The position numbers and the translations under genes are program-made. Shown one piece after another: positions 56,041-64,000 of a stretch of DNA of 64,000 bases (its first letter is position 1; the number at the start of each line of letters is the position of its first letter). Source of the DNA: Balanoglossus misakiensis (taxonomy: Eukaryota > Animalia > Hemichordata); assembly GCA_040954595.2 (NCBI GenBank), contig CM082583.2, positions 2,861,060 to 2,925,059 of the forward strand, written 5' to 3'. Below the pieces are notes generated by a model, which saw only the letters and a list, made by a program, of their open reading frames with translations, was not told where the DNA came from and made no database searches.

Positions 56041-57167
56041 GAGTAGAGTTGTTATGTGTATTTCAGTTAAATCCCCCTACATCTCAGCAATCCATAATTA
56101 TATTCATTAAATTATGTTGCAGTACAGTGCAAACATATTAGTAGATACGTTAAAATTATTATGTGGAAATTTTCTCCGAGAAAAACAGTTTTAAATGGAT
56201 TGATAGGAACGTTGTTGACAACTCCATACTTGCTTTATGATTTGGAATAAGCTGACAATCATACCAGTCTTATTCTGGAAGGAGTGACTCGACATTGTAT
56301 TAGTAGAATAGATTTCTCAGTGTTGACAGCTTCGTGTTGGATGGGATGGGAGCTTGAATTTTACCATAGTGAAATTGTCTGCACTTGTTTGGTTCCCTAA
56401 ATCCCTGGCGCCCGGAATCATTGCAGCTACCCTACGCAGTATGTAGCAGAAAACACTGAATCACTTGGCCAATCAAGATGAATATTCCCGTTGACATACG
56501 TGCATGTACACTATGCCCGACCGTAGCTCTCCACTGGCTGTGTGTCTTGCGGCGAAAAGACACACAGCCGTGCCACACATAACTAACGGTACCCGTAGCA
56601 TCAGTAATGTAATGCACTGAACATCAACAAATTGTAAGTCTTACATGAAACATAGTTTTATGCATGACATTTGTGGCTCTTCTGACAGCAATTCAGTGCC
56701 AGAACGACGCCAGCAGAGCTATGAACCCATGGTTCTGTATGGCCAGAGTGTCCACTGTTTTATAGCTGTGGTAACGCAGATGTACAATGTACCGTGGGGG
56801 AGGGGGGGGGGGGTGATTTTGTCAAGGGGGGACCATTGCTCCTTAAAATGATGTCACTCACATGGTAGAGATATTACATTCCCACTTTGCCAGAGTGGAA
56901 TCCCCCTCCAAAATATTCTGGTAAAGGGGGACATATTCCTCCAGTTGATGCCATCCTGCATGGAACACTGTTAGAGGGCGCACTTGGCAAGAAACTTAGA
57001 TGATACAGAAGAACCAGCATGTCTTGCTGTGATACGGACACAGAAAAATGCTGTAGACTCATCACTATCATGCAGTTAACTTAAACATGGTATCATGAAA
57101 GAAACATTTTCCCCACCAACAGAACTGTAAGTTATATCTGGCATTTTTCTTCTTCTTCTGCAGCATC

Positions 57168-58574
57168 ATGGCTGTCCGTCATGAGATGTGCATTGGTCTC
57201 AACAAGGGACACAAAGTCACCAAAAATGTTATGAAGAGATCCTCCAGAAGAAAAGGGGTAAGTTTGAATTCTTCCTAGGTTTACATAATTAGCAATATCT
57301 CTGACATAAAGCCTGTTTCCCAATTCCAGCCTCTCAACTTCAGTTTAGACAATGGAGAAATGAAGGTTAGAATTGGAAATGAGCTCGCAATGCAAAATCT
57401 TTGACTGTTAAAAATATTGTGGCAGGTTCCAGCTACTTTGGAGTAAATGGTATTTATAAAGTATGTAATTACCCTGCCCGATGATAAGAACGTTTCATCA
57501 TGTTTATGTTGCACAATTTTGCAAGACATGCCCATTTGTGGTCGTCATGGCTCTGTTGGATGATTTCCTTATCTGAATCCCCTCTGAATAATTCCACATC
57601 TGTCAATATAATTGCATCAAAGAGGCCATCTGCCACTGCTGTGGAATGCACAAAATTTATAACAAAAATTCAATTTTCAATGTTATTACAGTCAAGACCC
57701 CTACCTGTTTTAATGAAACCAAATCTACTGTGCATAAGTCATCTCTGAACCTTGTCTTTTTTTTTTCTTTTTTTTTTTTTGGTTTTCAGGTTGTCAGCAA
57801 ACATGTCAAATTTGTTCGTGACATTGTGAGAGAAGTGTGTGGTTTTGCTCCCTATGAGAAAAGAGCAATTGAATTGTTGAAAGTAAACAAAGATAAACGT
57901 GCTCTGAAATTCATCAAGAAGAGGGTAAGTATTGAGAATGTCACAGAAAAAGACCATGTACAATGTTGTTTTATATTTGTGTCGAAATGGCCCAAAAATA
58001 TCCAGCTGTTAAATTGTTTGAATATACACGACCTTGCTGTCAGCTGATTGCCATAAGAATCTGATTCAAATTGGTTTAAAATAGTGGGTACTTTTAATTA
58101 TCTGTTGATCCACACTGTCAGATTAATTTGAAACTTCTGTCGTTTTGTATTTGCAATTGTACATCATATAACTGAAATCATTTGACGGCAACAAAACATT
58201 GCCATTGTATTACATGTATTAGATGCATGTAGCTGTTTATTCCTAATAATCATAAACAAGAGAATTTTGCCATTTCTTACAAATTGTTAATAATGCTGAC
58301 TATTAATGAAAATTTATTTATCATTCTAATTTGCAATTTCTAATCTTCCTCCATGGCATGTACAACTTAATGAACATTGAAAAAATGTCTTGTAAATAAC
58401 TAGTATAACTATAAGTCTATATTTCCAAAATGTTCAACTAGGAATTGTTCACTTCTAACTGTTGACTTGTTTTGTGTATTACAGCTTGGTACACACACAC
58501 GTGGAAAGAGAAAGAGAGAAGAGATGCAGGCAGCAGTGTCAGCACAGAGAAAAGCACAGGCCGCACAAAAATAG
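57168..58574 (+). CDS. RPL36: 60S ribosomal protein L36 (eL36), 104 aa
   Basis: Exons 57168-57257, 57790-57924 and 58485-58574 translate as [20 protein letters not shown]...[53 protein letters not shown]...*. AATAAA at 58660. Confidence 0.98.
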
Positions 58575-59649
58575 TCTTTTCTTTCTTGTCATCTTTTCAC
58601 ATTTATTTTGTGCAACATTCATTGCTGTAAGCTATCTCCAGACGTAAGGATTTCAGTGAAATAAACCATTTTATTGATCTGAATTTCTTCTGAGTTCTGC
58701 ACTTTTTTGACATGGCATGGTTGTGGCTGAAAGAAAACCAAGAAATATATACTGGTTGCTTTGCATGCAGAAGAAATGAGTAGATTTGATTGTTGAAATG
58801 TCTTGGGCCAGCTGCACTCCAAGTTATGGCTATTCATTGAAAATGGAAACTATCCTGTATTTACCTGGCAGAAAGTCTGTTCTTGGAAGCAGTAATCGTG
58901 GGGTAAATTGACACAGCTTGTGTACTGTTGCTAAAATTTACAAAGGCAGTATCAAAGAGAGAAACAGATTTCTTGAGAAAGAAAAAAATATAGAGTGTTG
59001 AAGGCATTCTCTGACCAAGTCTACAGCACTATGGACCACACATTCCCCAGTGCTGAAGATTTCCCATGATTCTTTCTAAGTACATGTAGTACCATCAGAG
59101 ATTGCCACCAGGGAGTGTAATGGAATTTGCAAATACACATTTTTTGAGCAGTTTTCATTGAGTGATTTGGATGGAAAGTCATACTTAATCCTGATAGTAG
59201 ATTTGTACAAAGAATTTAACTGAGGCAAACCATTCTGAACTGGAAAGTAAGGAAACCAGGCACAGTGCACTTGTTTCATCCAATGAATGACTTTGTGGTG
59301 GACCTGACATATTCGTTTTTGTGTTGAGGCCCAGTGCAGAGACTGTCAACTTAATCCATGATCATTGCACAAACCTTGATTTTTATGATGAATTTTAAAC
59401 AATTACTGAAACTGCATATGGGCCCAGTTTGTTATATGGCAGCAGTCAATTCTACTTACACACTGAAATGTGCATATTTTGCCACAACTTAAACACATCT
59501 GAGTTAGGTGATCCCAAGGGACATTTATACTGTATGTTCAAGTTGGTGGTACGTCAATACTTCTAGACCAAACCCTTTGAATTTGTTGACCCACTTCTAA
59601 ACCTTGGGCTATACAATTCTCTTGTAATTAAAGGGAAACTGAGTCGAAT

Positions 59650-59850
59650 CAATCTGATTAAAATCAAATGTAGGGTATGGCGATGTCTTTTACTTCGCAG
59701 TACGGTATTCTTAAGCATAAGAATAGTGTACCGCGAAGCAATCTGATTAAAATCAGATGTAGGGAACGGCGACGTGTTTTTTTTATGCTGTGAGGCGACA
59801 GCATAAAAAAACCATGTCGCCGTTCCCTACATCTGATTCTAATCAGATTG
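59650..59850. mobile_element. Collapsed fold-back derivative of the 26091-27158 MULE-like family
   Basis: Two TIR ends are fused head-to-head (59739-59850), with an extra TIR start at 59650. Confidence 0.75.
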
Positions 59851-62800
59851 CTATAAAATATTGTGAAAAGTGGAACCAGCCATGTAGCATAGCGCCCCCA
59901 ACCCTGGACATGCATGCACCAGTCGTTTGCAACGTATTGCCCTTTAAACCTGTCTCTAGAATTTCATTCTGCTCAGTAAGTTTGTGTTGACAACAGTGAC
60001 TGTCCTTATTTCTGGTGAGGTGTGATAATGCAAATTTAACACTGTGCCGTCTATAAGCAGAATTTAGGCAAACTGGCAAATAGTACATCAGAATTTCAAA
60101 TTATTTTAAATTTGTTATGGCGATAACAGTTTACACAATCCAACGGCCATGGAAGGTGTTAGTCTACAACTGTCCCAGGGAGTGGGAATTGCCTGTTTAA
60201 TACCGGAATGTAGTCAGTCAGTATTTTTTGTAACGCATCACAGGTTTTATTTTCTCTACCTCAGTTTGGCTACTACATAAATGGACATCATCATTCAGAA
60301 CATTTCTTCATCTATGCACATGTACAGGTAATATCCATGTAACAATTCGTCGATATCAAATAACGTCAGACACGCTCAGACGGCTGTTACATTGGCATTC
60401 AAATTTCCAGATGACGGGCAAATTCAGCAACGTGGACTTACGTGGTGCAGACAAAGACTGTGCAGACGAAATGCAATGAGGCTGATGAGGCACCATATCT
60501 GATACATGTCACGTGTTTGGCGAGTTATATATACGAACTCGCATTAGTACCGCCCTGTATTAAATTTTGCAATTGTTTTATTTATAGGGGACAGGACTCG
60601 ACTAGTGTTACACTATTTTCTAGTTCCCTCCCATCTAATTTTTCATTCCTTTGTTAACTTTGTTTATTTGTATCAGAATAAGGGAAATAAAATTATTATT
60701 ATTATTAAGTAAAACATACTCGGAAAAACTTTTACTGGATGCCAAAATATTGCTTGCCCGTCATCTGGAAATGACAACGCCGTGGGTCACATGGCCAGAT
60801 CACGTGATTGATAGTAAAGAATTGTCAAAACTGTTTCCCGACTAGGAACAGTTTGAAAACAACATGCCTCTTGCCTGTATCGGCAATACAATGATGCACT
60901 GTAAAACAATGTACCGTTCAGGTAGTAGACACTCACTTTCTGTGAACGTATACACAAAATATACCAAAACAATGACAATGACAAGTGTATAATACCCATT
61001 AGGCCATACCCTTTAATGAAAAATATGAAATGACAAAAAATCGTAATATATATTAAATTATATATTTCAGTGCTAAACCATACATCCCTCAAAACTGATT
61101 CAAAAACTGAACAAACATTTAATCAAATGAAAGTAAATTTGATTCCTGGAAATGTTACTAAAGGAACTTAATATTGAATGATACTGTGATCAATACGAGG
61201 ACGATGTGACTGTATATGAATTCTTTGAATCAAAGTTGTCCAGTACTCATTCACTCAGTCACCTGTCTGTAATACATGGAACTGGGCCCCAGGAATCATC
61301 TTCAGTCTCTAGCATTGTCATGGAGTGTTTGAGGTAAAAACACAGCCATATTCTTGAAGTAATTCTCACTACCTTAAATCGATTTTTGCTATCTAGGTGA
61401 GTGAGGAAAATCTCATATGGTCGACATAATTTCAAGATGGAGGATATTTGCCATGTTTTAATAAAACATACATTATGTTATGAACTTGTATTCCATATTC
61501 CAAAGCAATCAGAGAAAAACTTGGGTTACACCTAGAAATAAAATAACGAACTATGTAAAATGTGGAATGGGGTTCTATGTTCTAACTACAAAGACAGAAT
61601 TGTTTGACCAAAGGAAGTCTTGAACAACAGTGGACATATCATTTCTTCAAACCTTTACTACAGTGAGTGGTCAACCTTTTACCCACAATGCAATTGTGTG
61701 ATTTGACCCCATAGCACGAAGTAAAAACCTATTTAAGGTAGCAAGAACTGTGAATTACATTTTCCAAGATAATCAACATCAATAACAACATTGGTGACTA
61801 AATCGATGTTACACAGGAATTTCCAGCAGTGAATCTGTTTGTTTTTTCTCCAAACGTGATGGGTAAGACCCTGTGAACACTTCACAATTAATTAATGAAA
61901 AAAAAATATAATATCAAATGAAACAAATGCAAACTATCGTATGTTGCATGTGAAATAAATGCACAAACCATTGCATAGTACTATGGTAAGACAACAAGCA
62001 ATGCATAGGAACAAAATAAACAAATGGGGTGTGTGATACTGGTAATTTGTAAATATAGATATTTAATATATATAAGACTTTTCCCCCCTAAACTATGGAC
62101 AATTCCTAATGAAAATCTTCAGCCTCAATCCATAAACCCAGTTTACAGGAATAGTAATATCCTTAATATAGCCATGTAATGCTTCTGACCCTGCAGAAAA
62201 AATTGACAAAAATTAATCCTCTTTCAGAAAGTCCAAATTACAGTGGAGGCCCCATAACAAACTATCAGATGTACTTTCAAATCATTTATCTTATAATTCT
62301 CTAGTTCTACATGGTGACAAAATATTACCCTCAAAATATACCCTTAATAAGACAATGAAATCACACAGCAGGTTTCCTTTTAAAAAATACTGCAGTGTAC
62401 CAAATCCAAGTTTGTTCATAGTTTTTGACATTATTTTGTCATAAATCTTCAGACAAATTATTTCTAACTTCAAAATAATTCTAGTCCAAAATCGGAAATC
62501 TACATATATATATTAACATTGTTCGCTGGCTGAGAGTGTGGACATCAAAATAAGGCATGTATCTTCTAAAACTGTTGTAATAGCGATAATGTAGCAAATG
62601 AGTGACAGAACTTTGAACTCCATGAAGCAGAAAAAAATTACTAGACAAACTAGACAGAATCTAAGGCAAATTTGATCGCATCCTAAGTTGTCTGAGTTTT
62701 ATAACTTTGACACTGAAAGACATGGCAGTGAAAAAACATTTACATGTAGACTAGCTAATTACCTGGTATTTTAGACATTTTAAAAACATCAAAAAGTGTA

Positions 62801-63798
62801 CGTGTGTTCAGATGTACATATTGTGTGATGTCTGTAAATGAGCATTTGAAAAGTATTCACAACAATCATTTTACCCTCTTACTCTAATCGAATCAAAATA
62901 CTGTATACTCAGAAATTGTATTACTCCACTTTTTGCCTTTGATTATGTTGCCATGGCAATGTGGGTGAAGGGATGGGAATATGGCGAACGATGACAGGAT
63001 AAGTGACAAGGCACAGAAAATCCTTTAAATGTATGAATCAAAAGTTCATGTCCCATTTTAAAAATCCCCATGTTGATAAAACTGGACTGCATGATATGGG
63101 AGTGAGCAGATCCAACGTCTGCAACAACCAGACCACTGCATTTGCAATTCTACCAATGAAATTCATTATCTAGGCAGCCTTATGCATGAGCAGGGTTGTA
63201 TTTAAAGGACTATTGGATTGACTTTGTTCTCTTTCCTGGAACCATAAAAATCTATAAATATATTACTATCAGAAAAAAACACTGACTGGAACACTGCTTA
63301 TGGCTGATAAAGATTACATGCCATAGTTAACATTTGAGGCAAATTATGATCACATATTGCCTGGGCTATAGCACCTGTTTATTACTCTCAAGGGACTGTG
63401 AGTCATCACAACAGCATGCTATATCCACGGAGGGCACAGGCCAAATACATATCATATCATGAGGGTAGCAATACGCCTTTTCAAAGAAGATTAAATATTA
63501 TTTATTTATTGCACTTATGTAAAAATCTGAAATAATTACTGTACCCCCACTTGCAAGGATGTCAACTATCTATTTTAAAGACGACACAAATAAATATATA
63601 GATTTATTCTTATAAATTACTCTCCTCAAAGGTTGCAGATAAATAATTTTTTCCATAATTGTATAAATACAATAAATAATGAACTCTTTGAATTTCATGT
63701 GAAAGGAGCTATCTTGAAACTTAAACCAACTAACTCTGGTAAAACCCTAATGTCGTCACTGGACATATTATGTATAGAAAACTGGAGGTGTGTGAGGG

Positions 63799-63870
63799 TT
63801 AAGACATTTTCTTCTTCTTGGCAGCCAAGATACTAGCTGGTATGTCAGGACGTAATTCTCGATACATTGA
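63799..63870 (-). CDS. Possible terminal coding exon of an unidentified gene entering from the right
   Basis: Good acceptor (tcttttatttgcag), then SMYRELRPDIPASILAAKKKKMS*, followed by long AT-rich UTR-like sequence. No family was recognised and the reading frame is assumed. Confidence 0.3.
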   Translation of the reverse strand, partial: SMYRELRPDIPASILAAKKKKMS

Positions 63871-64000
63871 CTGCAAATAAAAGACAACAAGACTCAAATT
63901 AATGTACATGTATTTATAACATTTTGTGTATTAGTCAGCTACAAAGTTTGATGGTTGAATCCTTCACAAAATCCAAAGGGAAAGCCAGTACAAAGAAAAT

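Noticed and set aside
57415-57478. Minus-strand H/ACA guide for 18S rRNA (GCTGGAA pocket followed by ACA)
   Set aside because: It is antisense to the host gene, and the other pocket strand does not match the adjacent 18S sequence as I recall it.

Overview
Eukaryotic, AT-rich, intron-dense DNA. It is most likely from a marine invertebrate such as a hemichordate or other deuterostome (inferred from gene structure and repeats). Four spliced genes could be rebuilt by hand. CRTC/TORC is on the minus strand (8 coding exons seen; its 3' end runs off the window start) and has a U12-type intron 3. Cytosolic asparaginyl-tRNA synthetase NARS1 is on the plus strand (20 coding exons, ~559 aa). Bloom helicase BLM is on the minus strand (21 coding exons, ~1179 aa). 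RPL36 is on the plus strand (104 aa) and sits head-to-head with BLM. A possible last exon of a fifth gene lies near 63.8 kb. Introns are full of non-autonomous DNA transposons (TA, TAA, TTAA and 9-bp TSD classes), several of them nested. The most unusual signal is a set of sequence-unrelated small elements that share one folding pattern: hairpins whose mismatches are tandem GA/GA pairs on one strand, capped by GNA/GNNA loops, plus an internal junction complementary to both element ends. This suggests mobile units that fold as single-stranded DNA dumbbells. Other highlights are a U12 donor motif overlapping a U2 donor in CRTC, a Penelope-type minimal hammerhead, and structured RPL36 introns. 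All coordinates were read by eye; no searches or folding programs were run.
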